Of a DNA stretch of 64,000 bases, positions 1 through 10,279 are shown one piece after another. Made by a program: the position numbers and the translations under genes. The notes under the pieces were generated by a model. The model worked only from the letters and a program-made list of their open reading frames with translations. It was not told the origin of the DNA and did not search any database. Within the stretch, counting starts at the first letter, position 1, and each line of letters begins with the position of its first letter. Source of the stretch: an uncultured Chloroflexia bacterium (lineage in GTDB: Bacteria > Chloroflexota > Limnocylindria > Limnocylindrales > CSP1-4); contig CAVYBU010000002.1 of assembly GCA_963766735.1 (NCBI GenBank), positions 32,001 through 96,000 of the forward strand, in the 5' to 3' direction.

Positions 1-3
1 CGG

Positions 4-2631
4 TCAGGGGATCGGCGCGAGATCCAGCAGCGTGCTCCGGAGCGGCGGATCGCTCGTGGGGCGTCCGGCGTTGAACGCAGCCACGAACACGTCACCCGAG
101 ACGGTCCTGGTGCCCAGCGAGCCGACCAGGGTCACGCTGATCAGCCGCTGCGAGACACCACGATCATGCAGATCCAGCGCCGTCAGGGACCCAACGTTGG
201 TCCGGGAGTCCGAGCCAAGGATCGTCGAAAGGGCGGCCCGAGAGTACGTCCTGGTCTTCCACGTGGCGTACGGGGCAGCGGCGTCGTACGCGGCGCCCGA
301 CGGATCGCGGTCCGACGAGCCGCGCAGGTAGGAGACCGGTCCGGCCACCTTCGCTCCCGTGGACGACACGAACACGTTCTCGTTGTTCTCGGTCGCCCCA
401 CCGCCCGTGGAGTGGAACAGGGTGTTCGCTATCTTCGTTCCGCTGCGGAGGATGCGGCCTGCCGTGGCGGTGATGATGGCGTCGGTCGAGGCTGTCTCCC
501 GGCGAACTCCGCGGTAAACCTGGGACCGCGTGTCGTCATAGGCGTCGAAGGTGGAGACGCCGGGTCGCAGCCTGTAGGCGGCGTATGACCGTGCGGCAAT
601 GGCCTGTGCGGTCAGCGCCTCGGCCGGCCAGCCGGACGGCATCTCGGCCGGCACCACGCCGCGCAGGTAGCTCTCAAGGGGCAGCTCGTTCACGACATCG
701 GCGGTGGACGCCGCCAGGATCACCCGCAGGTTTCCGCGGAACAGGTCGTAGCTTGTCGGCTTGGACAGCAGCTGCAGGGTGGTCCCCGGGTCCCGCGGCT
801 CCAGCCGGAAGTCCACCGGTGCGGCTGAGTCGCGAAGGATCGAACCCGCTGCGTCGGTGACGACGAGGCGCCATCCGGGGGTGCCGGAATTCGAGATCAG
901 GCGCACTCGGGCATCGGCCGGATAGGCGGCGTCATCGCCGAGCAGGCCCCACTGGCCGCCGCGGCCGATCACCGTCAGGGGAGCGGAGGGCGTGCCGGCG
1001 AAGTCGTTGAGCAGGAGGACGCGGATCTGCGCATCAGGTGCGAGCGACCCGGAGGACGTGCCCGGATAGTAGTGCGCCAGGATCTCGTCCGCGGTCTGGC
1101 CCGCGAGCGCGCGGCCGCGCGCACCGTACTGGGAGAGCCCGACGCCGTGGCCGTAGCCGCGTCCGTAGAACGTCGTGCTGTCGGTGAGCTTCGTGGCGGA
1201 CGGTGCGGGCGCCGATGCCGGTGCGGCCTTGAGCACGCCGGTCGCCCCGTACAGGTAGGTCACGCCGTAGAGGCTCTTGACGCTCTTCCCGTCGATCGCG
1301 CTGATCCGGTACCAGCCCGAGCCCGACTTCGCGGTGGGACAGGTGGCGCTCCAGCGCGAGCCGCTCACCTTGGCCACCACGGTCACCGTGGTGCCGGTCC
1401 TGAGCCTGGCCTTGATGCTCGTGCCGGTGGAGGTGCCGGCCCGCAGGTTCACGCTCGAGCAGGCCGGGACCATGGCGGACGTCGCCGGGCTGGGCGTGGG
1501 ACTGGGCGTGGGGGTGGCGGACGGCGCGGGCGTGGCGGACGGCGCGGGCGCCGATGCCGGTGCGGCCTTGAGCACGCCGGTCGCCCCGTACAGGTAGGTC
1601 ACGCCGTAGAGGCTCTTGACGCTCTTCCCGTCGATCGCGCTGATCCGGTACCAGCCCGAGCCCGACTTCGCGGTGGGACAGGTGGCGCTCCAGCGCGAGC
1701 CGCTCACCTTGGCCACCACGGTCACCGTGGTGCCGGTCCTGAGCCTGGCCTTGATGCTCGTGCCGGTGGAGGTGCCGGCCCGCAGGTTCACGCTCGAGCA
1801 GGCCGGGACCATGGCGGACGTCGCCGGGCTGGGCGTGGGACTGGGCGTGGGGGTGGCGGACGGCGCGGGCGTGGCGGACGGTGCGGGCGCCGATGCCGGT
1901 GCGGCCTTGAGCACGCCGGTCGCCCCGTACAGGTAGGTCACGCCGTAGAGGCTCTTGACGCTCTTCCCGTCGATCGCGCTGATCCGGTACCAGCCCGAGC
2001 CCGACTTCGCGGTGGGACAGGTGGCGCTCCAGCGCGAGCCGCTCACCTTGGCCACCACGGTCACCGTGGTGCCGGTCCTGAGCCTGGCCTTGATGCTCGT
2101 GCCGGTGGAGGTGCCGGCCCGCAGGTTCACGCTCGAGCAGGCCGGGACCATGGCGGACGTCGCCGGGCTGGGCGTGGGACTGGGCGTGGGGGTGGCGGAC
2201 GGCGCGGGCGTGGCGGACGGCGCGGGCGCCGATGCCGGTGCGGCCTTGAGCACGCCGGTCGCCCCGTACAGGTAGGTCACGCCGTAGAGGCTCTTGACGC
2301 TCTTCCCGTCGATCGCGCTGATCCGGTACCAGCCCGAGCCCGACTTCGCGGTGGGACAGGTGGCGCTCCAGCGCGAGCCGCTCACCTTGGCCACCACGGT
2401 CACCGTGGTGCCGGTCCTGAGCCTGGCCTTGATGCTCGTGCCGGTGGAGGTGCCGGCCCGCAGGTTCACGCTCGAGCAGGCCGGGACCATGGCGGACGAG
2501 GCGCCCCGGACGCTGGACGGGATCGCCGCGAGGATCAACGCGAGCACGAGGAACAGAGCCGCGGACGGCCACCGGCCGATCCTCGTGCGGCGGACCGTAG
2601 AAGACCGGGCCGGCGGAGTGCGAAGGAGCAT
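4..2631 (-). CDS. Secreted SpoIID/LytB-family peptidoglycan lytic enzyme with 4 tandem N-terminal SH3b-like domains
   Basis: Signal-peptide-like N-terminus; four repeats of VNLRAGTSTG...GWYRI; C-terminal SpoIID motifs GRGYGHGVGLSQYGA, VVNELPLESYLRGVVPAEMP, AQAIAARSY, DDTRSQVY. Confidence 0.9.
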   Translation of the reverse strand: MLLRTPPARSSTVRRTRIGRWPSAALFLVLALILAAIPSSVRGASSAMVPACSSVNLRAGTSTGTSIKARLRTGTTVTVVAKVSGSRWSATCPTAKSGSGWYRISAIDGKSVKSLYGVTYLYGATGVLKAAPASAPAPSATPAPSATPTPSPTPSPATSAMVPACSSVNLRAGTSTGTSIKARLRTGTTVTVVAKVSGSRWSATCPTAKSGSGWYRISAIDGKSVKSLYGVTYLYGATGVLKAAPASAPAPSATPAPSATPTPSPTPSPATSAMVPACSSVNLRAGTSTGTSIKARLRTGTTVTVVAKVSGSRWSATCPTAKSGSGWYRISAIDGKSVKSLYGVTYLYGATGVLKAAPASAPAPSATPAPSATPTPSPTPSPATSAMVPACSSVNLRAGTSTGTSIKARLRTGTTVTVVAKVSGSRWSATCPTAKSGSGWYRISAIDGKSVKSLYGVTYLYGATGVLKAAPASAPAPSATKLTDSTTFYGRGYGHGVGLSQYGARGRALAGQTADEILAHYYPGTSSGSLAPDAQIRVLLLNDFAGTPSAPLTVIGRGGQWGLLGDDAAYPADARVRLISNSGTPGWRLVVTDAAGSILRDSAAPVDFRLEPRDPGTTLQLLSKPTSYDLFRGNLRVILAASTADVVNELPLESYLRGVVPAEMPSGWPAEALTAQAIAARSYAAYRLRPGVSTFDAYDDTRSQVYRGVRRETASTDAIITATAGRILRSGTKIANTLFHSTGGGATENNENVFVSSTGAKVAGPVSYLRGSSDRDPSGAAYDAAAPYATWKTRTYSRAALSTILGSDSRTNVGSLTALDLHDRGVSQRLISVTLVGSLGTRTVSGDVFVAAFNAGRPTSDPPLRSTLLDLAPIP
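1192..2498. repeat. Intragenic tandem repeat, 339-bp unit, about 3.9 copies
   Basis: Units start at 1192, 1531, 1870 and 2209; the only difference I found is an alternating T/C at 1204/1543/1882/2221. Confidence 0.95.
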
Positions 2632-2763
2632 CGTCGACCCAGTCTACGCTGGGCTCGAGCGTCCACCATGGCCCAGATCGGCCATCGTGCCCCCCGGATT
2701 CTGGAACGATTGGGCCAGCACGGGGTCTTCGCGCCGACGCTCTACCTCGGGCAGGATGGGGGC

Positions 2764-4011
2764 ATGCGGATCCTCCTCTGGCACGGATACCTGCTCGGCG
2801 GCACCGGCTCCAACGTCTACACACGGCAGCTCGCGCGCGCCTGGATGCAGGCAGGGCACGACGTCACGGTGCTCAGCCAGGAGCCACGACCCGATGCGTA
2901 CGACCTCGGTGGGGCCGGGGTCGTCCGTCCCGATGTCGGAGGCCTGCTGCCGGTGTTCGTGCTCGATCGATACGAGGGGTACGACGTCAAGCTCGTCGGG
3001 GACTGCCACGCCGACGAGCTGGAGCGCTGGGTCGAGGCAAACGCCCGGGCCGTTCGCGAGCACCTGCCGGCCGACGTCGTGTTCTGCAACCACGTGCTGC
3101 TCGGCGGTCCCGTCGGTGTAGCGAGCGGGGCGCGCTTCGCGGTGAAGGCCCACGGCTCCGAGCTCGAGTACGCGATGCGCGACAACGCAGACCTGGCGGC
3201 CTGGGGTCGGGACTGCCTTCGGCAGGCCGCCGCCACCTTCGTCGGCTCCGCTCACATCCGCCGCGTGCTCGAGGACGTGTGCGGCCATGTGGACGGCGTT
3301 CACGAGGTCCCGCCGGGCGTCGACATCGACGACTGGCGGCCGCAGGAGCGGGCGACGGCACTCGCTGCCCTCCTGGCCGAGGCGGCGCTCGATCCGCCGA
3401 ACGTCGGCAACGCCGAGGAGCGGCTGCCCGACGAAGGCAACGCGCGGCGCCTCGAAACGTTCCTCGCCGCCGACCGGCCGACGGTCGTCTACTTCGGCAA
3501 GCTGATTCGCAACAAGGGCGTCCACGTGCTTCTCGACGCGCTCGATGGCATCGACGCCCGCGCGGTCATCGTTGGGTTCGGGGAGGACCGTGCGGAGCTG
3601 GAGGGGCTTGCCGGCGGGGACGTCCTGTTCACGGGCCCTCTCGAGCACCGGCATCTCGTGCACCTGCTTGCCCTGGCCGACGCGTGTGTCGTCCCATCGA
3701 TCTTCCCCGAGGCGTTCGGGATGGTCGCCGCCGAGGCCGCCGCGGCCGGGTGCCCTCCGCTCGTCGCCCGCCACTCAGGACTGGCGGAGATCGCCGCCGG
3801 GCTCGAAGAGGCGTACCCGCCGGAGCTGCGCCACCTCGCAGGCTTCACGTCGGGCGACGTGGACGACCTGCGGGCGAAGCTCAGGGAGCTCCTCGGCCTC
3901 GACCCTGTCGATCGCGCGTCAATTCGGGCCGCCGCGCGGCGGGCCACCGTCGAACGGTGGAGCTGGACTAGCGTCGCGCGGCGGCTGCTGGAGCCATTGC
4001 GACCCGTCTAG
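2764..4011 (+). CDS. Glycosyltransferase family 4 (GT-B, retaining)
   Basis: Starts MRILLWHGYLLGGTGSNVY; C-terminal YFGKLIRNKGV and PSIFPEAFGMVAAEAAAAG (E-x7-E); the upstream part of ORF 1072..4011 is an antisense shadow. Confidence 0.9.
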   Translation: MRILLWHGYLLGGTGSNVYTRQLARAWMQAGHDVTVLSQEPRPDAYDLGGAGVVRPDVGGLLPVFVLDRYEGYDVKLVGDCHADELERWVEANARAVREHLPADVVFCNHVLLGGPVGVASGARFAVKAHGSELEYAMRDNADLAAWGRDCLRQAAATFVGSAHIRRVLEDVCGHVDGVHEVPPGVDIDDWRPQERATALAALLAEAALDPPNVGNAEERLPDEGNARRLETFLAADRPTVVYFGKLIRNKGVHVLLDALDGIDARAVIVGFGEDRAELEGLAGGDVLFTGPLEHRHLVHLLALADACVVPSIFPEAFGMVAAEAAAAGCPPLVARHSGLAEIAAGLEEAYPPELRHLAGFTSGDVDDLRAKLRELLGLDPVDRASIRAAARRATVERWSWTSVARRLLEPLRPV

Positions 4012-4098
4012 GGGTCACACCGGTCGCAGGCCAGATGGGCCGACGATCGGGGGCCGATATTAGTTGCCTACGGCATGCAATAGGCCTACGCTCCGTTC

Positions 4099-4581
4099 AT
4101 GGACAACGCGAGCGTCCTGCGAACTCGGCCGGGGGTGCAGGCGGTTGCGACCGCCCTCGCGGATGACCTCGAGCGCATTGCCGTCGGGACTGTGGGGCTG
4201 ACGACCCGCGTGCTGGCCGAAGCCGCGCCGCACCACGACCTGACGTTCCCCCAGTGGCGAGCGCTGTTGGTAGTCGGCGGTGACGCCAACGGGGTGCGGG
4301 TGGGTGCGGTTGCGACGCGGGTGGGGGCCACGTTGCCGGCCACCGGAAGGCTGCTCCGTCGCCTGGAGGGGCGGGGCCTGCTGTCCCTGGTGATGGACGA
4401 GCGCGACCGGCGCGCGACGCGGGCGACCCTCACGGACGAGGGTCGACGGGTCCGGACCGCCATTCTGGCGCAGCGGCGAGCGTCGCTCCGGGCGATTGCC
4501 GACGGGATCCCGGACTCCACGCACGCGGACTTGGCGTCCGGCCTGCGGGCCATCGCTGTCGCCCTGGAACAGTTCGCATGA
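4099..4581 (+). CDS. MarR-family transcriptional regulator
   Basis: LTFPQWRAL...LLRRLEGRGLL...DERDRRATRATLTDEG winged-helix signature. Confidence 0.88.
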   Translation: MDNASVLRTRPGVQAVATALADDLERIAVGTVGLTTRVLAEAAPHHDLTFPQWRALLVVGGDANGVRVGAVATRVGATLPATGRLLRRLEGRGLLSLVMDERDRRATRATLTDEGRRVRTAILAQRRASLRAIADGIPDSTHADLASGLRAIAVALEQFA

Positions 4582-5324
4582 CGGGCAGGAACGCCCAGGA
4601 AGGCAGCGCGATGGACACCACCGCGATCCGCATCGAGGGACTGTCCAAGACCTACGGGACGGGTGACCTCGCCGTCCACGCGCTGAGTGGGATCGACCTG
4701 GAGATCCGGGCGGGCGAATTCGTCGTGATCCTGGGACCCAGCGGCTCCGGCAAGACGACGCTGATGAACGTGATCGGTGGGATCGAGCCGCCCACGGCAG
4801 GGACCATCACCGTCAGGGGTCGCGAGATCACGGCCCTCGACGATGCCGCCCTGACCGACTACCGCCGGACGGAAGTCGGCTTCATCTTCCAGTTCTTCAA
4901 CCTGATCCCCACGCTCACCGCGGCCGAGAACGTCGCGCTGGTCGCCGAGCTGGTGGGTGACCGGGACCCGGACCTGGTGCTGGCCGCCCTCCAGAGCGTG
5001 GCGCTCGACGATCGGGCGGACCACTTCCCGGGTGCGCTGTCCGGCGGCGAGCAGCAACGGGTCGCCATCGCCAGGGCCCTGGTCAAGCATCCGGCCATCC
5101 TCCTCTGTGACGAGCCCACCGGGGCGCTGGACCTCGAGAACGGGCGCGGCGTGCTGGCGACTCTCCACGGCGCGAGCCGGGCCGGAGGACAGACGGTCAT
5201 CCTCGTGACCCACAACTCGGCGATTGCCACGATGGCGGATCGGGTGCTGCGGATGGGGTCTGGACAGCTGCTCGGTGACACGCCTCAGCCGTCACCGACG
5301 CCGCCCGCCGAGGTGCGCTGGTGA
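4578..5324 (+). CDS. ABC transporter ATP-binding protein (LolD/MacB-like)
   Basis: Walker A GPSGSGKTT, signature LSGGEQQRVAIARAL, Walker B LLCDEPTG, H-loop VTHN; alternative start 4611. Confidence 0.93.
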   Translation: MTGRNAQEGSAMDTTAIRIEGLSKTYGTGDLAVHALSGIDLEIRAGEFVVILGPSGSGKTTLMNVIGGIEPPTAGTITVRGREITALDDAALTDYRRTEVGFIFQFFNLIPTLTAAENVALVAELVGDRDPDLVLAALQSVALDDRADHFPGALSGGEQQRVAIARALVKHPAILLCDEPTGALDLENGRGVLATLHGASRAGGQTVILVTHNSAIATMADRVLRMGSGQLLGDTPQPSPTPPAEVRW

Positions 5325-7684
5325 GACTGCTCCGGCGGTCGCTCCGTCGCGACATTCGGGCCCGGTGGGCTCAGTTCGTGACCGTCGGCGCGACGATCAC
5401 GCTCGGCGTCGCGCTGTTCGGCGCCTCCTTCGACGCGTTCCAGAACCTGACGGCTTCCTACCAGGAGATGTATCACCGGCTGGCCTTCGCGGACCTGGTG
5501 GCCTCGGGCGGGCCCGTGGAGCAGGTCGCCGCAGCGGGCGGAGCAGTGGAGGGCGTGGACGCCACCACGACCCGGGCCGTGGGCGAGGTCCCGGTCCGGA
5601 TCGGCACGCACAGCCAGCTCGCCCGGATCGTCGGTCTGCCCGCGGACGGCAAGCCCGCGGTCGACGGCGTCCTCGTCCTGCGCGGCACGAACCTGGATCC
5701 TGCCCGCGACGACCAGGTGCTCGTCGAGCAGCACCTCGCGGGCGCCCGAAACCTGGGGCCCGGCGACACGCTGGACGTCATGGCCGCCGACGGCTGGCGA
5801 ACCATGACGGTCGCGGGGATCGTCGCCTCGCCCGAGTACCTGTGGCCGGCCCGCAGCCGCCAGGAGGTGTTGGTCCCGTTCGACCAGTGGGGTGTCCTGT
5901 TCGGACCCGGTTCGCTCGTGGAGTCGCTGCCGTCTGCCGCGATCCAGCACGAGGCGCTGTTCCGACTTGCCCCGGACGCGCCGGAAGGGGCACTGGATGC
6001 GCTCGGCAGGGCCGTTCTCGGCGCCGGCGCCGTGGACGCGCAGCCGCAGGTCGACCAGCCGTCGAGCGCCACCCTGCAGGAGGACGTGAACGGGTTCGGC
6101 GAGATGTCCATCATGTTCCCGGTCATGTTCCTGCTGGCAGGCGCGCTGGCGATGTCGGTGCTGCTCGGCAGGATGGTCGCGAGCCAGCGGGCTCAGATCG
6201 GGATGCTGCTCGCCAGCGGTTTCTCCCGTCGCGCGATCCAGCGGCACTACCTCACGTTCGGGCTGCTCGTCGGGCTCGTCGGGTCCGTGCTGGGCGTGGT
6301 CCTGGGCAGCCTGGCCGCCGCGACCATCTCGCGGCTGTACACGGCCACGATCTCGGTGCCGATCACCGTGATCGAGGTGCGCCCGATTACCGTGCTGATC
6401 GGGCTTGTCATGGGCCCCATTGCAGGCGCCGCCGCGGCCTACTTCCCGGCGCGCCGGGCGGCTCGCACATCCCCCGCGGAGGCCATGCGCGGCGAGCTGC
6501 CGCCCGGGCACGGGACCGTGAGCCTGGTCGAGCGCCTGGTCCCGCCGGTCCGCCGGCTGCCCACGCGGTGGCTGGTGTCCTTGCGCGGCCTGGGTCGGAG
6601 CCCACGCCGGACAGTCTCGACCATCCTGGGGATCGCCATCGCGACCATGCTGGTCCTGGTGTCGTGGGGCATGATCGACACGGTCCAGATCCTGCTTGAC
6701 CGCCAGTTCAACCAGGTCCAGCGCCAGGATGCCGCGGTGCTGCTCGCCGCGCCGCTGCCGGCCGGCAAGGTGGCAGCGGCGCTCGCGGTGGACGGGGTGG
6801 CGGCCGCGGAACCCGAGCTCGATGCCCAGGGTGCGATCGTGCACGGTGATGCCCGGTACGCGACCACGATCGTGGGCCTGCCGCCCGACACCACGTTGCA
6901 CGGGTTCATCGCGCCGGACGGCGCAACGGTGCCGCTGCCCGACCGCGGCGTGCTCCTGGGTGCCGCGATGCGGGATCGTCTCGACGTGCGCGTCGGGGAC
7001 GAGGTGGGGATCGATCTCGGGCGAGGCTCCGTGACCAGCCTGCCCGTCGCCGGATTCGTGGACGAACCCTTCGGGACCTACGCGTACGCCTCGCTGGACA
7101 CGGTCGCGGCCCTGACCGGGCAGGCCACGGGCGATCCGATGGTCGGTTCCGCGCTCGTCCGGTATGAGGATGGTGCCGACGCCGCGGCGGTCGCGGACCG
7201 CCTGGGTGCCCTACCGGCCGTGGCGGCGGTTGTCGCGAGCCGCGGCCTGTACGACCTCGCCCAGCAGTTCATGGGCCTGTTCTACGCCTTCATCGGGGTG
7301 ATGCTGCTGTTCGGTGCGGTGATGGCGTTCGCGCTCATCTTCAACACCATGACCGCCAACATCGCGGAGCGGGCGACGGAGCTCGCCGCCTTGCGGGCAC
7401 TGGGGATGGCGCGCGGCACCGTGTCCCGGCTGGTCACTGCCGAGAACTTCCTGCTGACGGTGCTGGGCCTCGTGCCCGGGCTGATCGGGGGCTACCTGCT
7501 GGCCGCGGTGTTCATGGCCAGCTTCTCCAGCGACCTGTTCAGCTTCGACCTGCACGTGCGCCCGACGACGTTCCTGTTCACTGCGTTGTCGATCCTGCTG
7601 GTGGGCGTGATCTCGCAGGTGCCGGCCCTGCGGAGCGTTGGTCGCATGGACCTGGGCAGGATCGTGCGCGAGCGGGCCACCTGA
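5321..7684 (+). CDS. ABC transporter permease, duplicated FtsX/MacB-type
   Basis: Two halves, each with a TM helix, extracytoplasmic domain and further TMs; motifs QRAQIGMLLASGF and ERATELAALRALG; GTGA overlap with the ATPase. Confidence 0.88.
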   Translation: MRLLRRSLRRDIRARWAQFVTVGATITLGVALFGASFDAFQNLTASYQEMYHRLAFADLVASGGPVEQVAAAGGAVEGVDATTTRAVGEVPVRIGTHSQLARIVGLPADGKPAVDGVLVLRGTNLDPARDDQVLVEQHLAGARNLGPGDTLDVMAADGWRTMTVAGIVASPEYLWPARSRQEVLVPFDQWGVLFGPGSLVESLPSAAIQHEALFRLAPDAPEGALDALGRAVLGAGAVDAQPQVDQPSSATLQEDVNGFGEMSIMFPVMFLLAGALAMSVLLGRMVASQRAQIGMLLASGFSRRAIQRHYLTFGLLVGLVGSVLGVVLGSLAAATISRLYTATISVPITVIEVRPITVLIGLVMGPIAGAAAAYFPARRAARTSPAEAMRGELPPGHGTVSLVERLVPPVRRLPTRWLVSLRGLGRSPRRTVSTILGIAIATMLVLVSWGMIDTVQILLDRQFNQVQRQDAAVLLAAPLPAGKVAAALAVDGVAAAEPELDAQGAIVHGDARYATTIVGLPPDTTLHGFIAPDGATVPLPDRGVLLGAAMRDRLDVRVGDEVGIDLGRGSVTSLPVAGFVDEPFGTYAYASLDTVAALTGQATGDPMVGSALVRYEDGADAAAVADRLGALPAVAAVVASRGLYDLAQQFMGLFYAFIGVMLLFGAVMAFALIFNTMTANIAERATELAALRALGMARGTVSRLVTAENFLLTVLGLVPGLIGGYLLAAVFMASFSSDLFSFDLHVRPTTFLFTALSILLVGVISQVPALRSVGRMDLGRIVRERAT

Positions 7685-7695
7685 GGATCGCCAGG

Positions 7696-9972
7696 TCAGG
7701 GGGACGGGGCCGCGGCCCTCGTGGCCTCCCAGGCCTCGCACCACGCGCCGAGGACCCGTGTGCCCGCGTCCGCCGTCGCCAGGACCGGGATCCCCGCGGC
7801 CCCCAACCGGTCGATCAGCGGGTCGTAGAGCGCACCTGCGTCGACCACGCAGACCCACGGCTTTGCCGTCTCCGCCCAGAGCCCGGCGAGCGTGGATACG
7901 ACCGCCCCCGGGCGGTCCAGGTCCTCGTCGTGTCCGGGGCCGGGCTCCAGCGTCTCGAACGTGTCCGTCAGCGGGACGATGCCGACGATCCCGACATCGA
8001 CCTCGTCTGCTTCCAGGATGGTCCGCGCCACGGCGCCGGTGATCGCGGCGTTCCCGATCGGGGTCAGGTCCAGCGGGTTGCGCAGGTCGACGAGGGACAC
8101 GATCCCCACGGGCACCAGGATGTCCAGCAGGCGGGCCTCCGTGTCCGGGGCGAACCGGACCAGGTCCAGCGACCCCGCGTGGTCCGCGATCGTCACGCAC
8201 TCGGAGCCGGCGTTGGACATGGCACCCAGGCGGCGGCCGCGCGCGGGCCGTCCGTCGAGCAGCGTGAACGTTCGGACCAGGTCGTCGAAGGCCGCCGGCG
8301 TCTCCGCGATGGTCACGCCCGCGGCACGGGCCAGCTCCCGGGTCACCGTCGCGTCGCCCGCGATCGCGGCCGTGTGGCTCGCGGATGCGCTCGCGCCCGC
8401 CGCCGTCCGACCGGCACGGTAGAGGACCACCCGCCGGCCCGACGCGGTGATCCGGGCCGCCGCCTCGAGGAACCGCAGGCCGTCGAGGCGGGCGAAGCCC
8501 TCCACGTAGACGCCGAACACGCGGACCTCCGGATCGTCCGCGAGGTGGGCCAGGAAATCACCGACGGTGAGGTCCATCTGGTTCCCGATGGTGATGACGT
8601 ATCGCGGGTCCAGCGGGGCCATCCGGGACAGCCGGGTGACCGCGAATGCGCCGCTGCCTGTGATCAGGGCGATCGGCGCGGGCCGTGTGCCGGGTGGCAG
8701 CTTCGAGTGAGGGAGGAACAGGGTGTCGTAGTGGCCGGGTCGGGAGCGGATGCCCAGGCAGTTGCCGCCGTTGATGACGGGACCTCCCGATCCCCGGCCC
8801 CGGGCATCGGCGAGCGCGGCGCGCATCCTCGCCGCGAGGACGCCACCGCCCTCCGTCTCCTCGAGCCCACCGGGGATCACGATCATCGACTCCGCCAGGT
8901 CCCGCTCTGCGACCTCGGCGACGAACGCAGGGGTGGCGGCCGCCGGCAGCACGACCACGAGCAGGTCCACCTTCGCGGGCAGGGACGCCAGGTCCGGCAC
9001 GCAGCGGACCCCGTCGATCTCATCGGTGCCGGGCTTCACGACGATGACGTCGGCCGGGTCGAAACCTGCGCGGAGGATGTTGCCCAGGATCACGCGCCCC
9101 GGGTTGGACCCCGACGACACGCCGACGATCCCGATCGAACGCGGAGCCAGGAGCCTCGCCACCTTGTGCAGGGGCCGCGGCACGCGAATGGGCAGCGGGC
9201 CATCACCGAGGGTGACCAGGACGTCGAGCGCGACCAGCCCGTCGGGCGTGACCGCGGCCGGGTTGATCTCGATCTCCAGCAGCTCGTCCGGCACGAGCTG
9301 GGCGAGGCGCATCAGCCGCGTGACGGCCTCGACGAGGCGGGCGGCCGGAAGGCGCGGCGCCTGCCCGCGCACGGAGGTCGTGGCCAGTCGGACGGCCGTC
9401 GAGCCGGCGAGAGCAGGACCGACGGCGTCGGGCGGCGTCAGGGCGGGGGAGACGATCGCGATCTCGCGACCGGGCTGGAGGTCGGCCGCGAGGGCCTCCG
9501 TCAGGATCCCGCCGGCCCCGACGGCCACCACGGGCCCGAGATCGTCTGTCCAGCGCAGCGAGAGGAGAAGCTCGCCGCCGGGACCCGCGTCGTGGGCGAC
9601 GAACTCGGCGACGGTGAAGCCCTCGGGCGGCTCGCCGAGTCGGTTCCGCATCGCCACCATCGCCGCCCGGACCATCGCCGGATCGCGCGGCACCACGGCC
9701 ACGCCCCCGACTTCGGTCTTGTGGCGGACGCTCCCGGACACCACCTTCACGACGACTCGATCCCCGGGCAGCGCGTCGAGGAGGGCGTCGTCGATCGCCG
9801 CTTCGTCCGCCACGAGGCGCCAGCGCGGCACCGCGATCCCGGCGGCCGCGAGGAGCGCCAGGCCCTCGGGCTCGAGGAGCGTGCTGCGGCCCGCCGCTCG
9901 CGCGCCTTCGATGAGGGCGCGGATGGCGACGAGGTCGGCACCCGGCGGGGCAGGGGAGTCGGTCGGAGTCAC
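7696..9972 (-). CDS. Acyl-CoA ligase (ADP-forming), single chain, ATP-grasp domain followed by CoA-binding domains
   Basis: VVVKVVS...HKTEVGGV and EIEINP (ATP-grasp); PRSIGIVGVS, GGNCLG, catalytic ASHTAAIAG; start placed at GTG 9972. Confidence 0.85.
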   Translation of the reverse strand: MTPTDSPAPPGADLVAIRALIEGARAAGRSTLLEPEGLALLAAAGIAVPRWRLVADEAAIDDALLDALPGDRVVVKVVSGSVRHKTEVGGVAVVPRDPAMVRAAMVAMRNRLGEPPEGFTVAEFVAHDAGPGGELLLSLRWTDDLGPVVAVGAGGILTEALAADLQPGREIAIVSPALTPPDAVGPALAGSTAVRLATTSVRGQAPRLPAARLVEAVTRLMRLAQLVPDELLEIEINPAAVTPDGLVALDVLVTLGDGPLPIRVPRPLHKVARLLAPRSIGIVGVSSGSNPGRVILGNILRAGFDPADVIVVKPGTDEIDGVRCVPDLASLPAKVDLLVVVLPAAATPAFVAEVAERDLAESMIVIPGGLEETEGGGVLAARMRAALADARGRGSGGPVINGGNCLGIRSRPGHYDTLFLPHSKLPPGTRPAPIALITGSGAFAVTRLSRMAPLDPRYVITIGNQMDLTVGDFLAHLADDPEVRVFGVYVEGFARLDGLRFLEAAARITASGRRVVLYRAGRTAAGASASASHTAAIAGDATVTRELARAAGVTIAETPAAFDDLVRTFTLLDGRPARGRRLGAMSNAGSECVTIADHAGSLDLVRFAPDTEARLLDILVPVGIVSLVDLRNPLDLTPIGNAAITGAVARTILEADEVDVGIVGIVPLTDTFETLEPGPGHDEDLDRPGAVVSTLAGLWAETAKPWVCVVDAGALYDPLIDRLGAAGIPVLATADAGTRVLGAWCEAWEATRAAAPSP

Positions 9973-10078
9973 GCGGACAGGGTGCGCCGGGTGGGCACCG
10001 GCGCGCAAGGCGTTCGTGATGAGATGAGGTCGCGCGCACGCCCGACGGCGCGATCCGGGGATCGCTGGTAGGGTTCCC

Positions 10079-10279
10079 GCCGAACGGTAATCGACAGGGG
10101 TATCAGCTTCATATCGCCGACCCGGCAGGTCTCCTGCCGTTCGGTCGACCCTCGTCGATCGTCCCTTCTGCGCGCTCTCCCTCACGTGGTGACGGGCGCG
10201 CCCCCGCTCTTCCCTGCCGGCCGGCACCGTCCCTACGACATGGTGGATTCTGCCGCCATGTTCGGCAGAGAGGAACACC
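10079..10279 (+). promoter_or_regulatory. Candidate structured 5' leader with mutually exclusive helices upstream of the NlpC/P60 gene
   Basis: TAGGGT -10-like hexamer at 10069-10074; 10079-10089/10135-10145 competes with 10123-10129/10133-10139; 10238-10246/10253-10261 competes with 10249-10255/10263-10269 next to the RBS. Confidence 0.4.

Noticed and set aside
1192-2498. Long direct repeats as a possible CRISPR array or mobile-element repeat
   Set aside because: 339-bp in-frame coding units with no unique spacers; they are protein domain repeats
1072-2763. 979-aa plus-strand ORF suggesting a repeat-GT4 fusion
   Set aside because: The N-terminal part is the antisense shadow of the SpoIID gene; the GT4 starts at 2764 with its own -10 element
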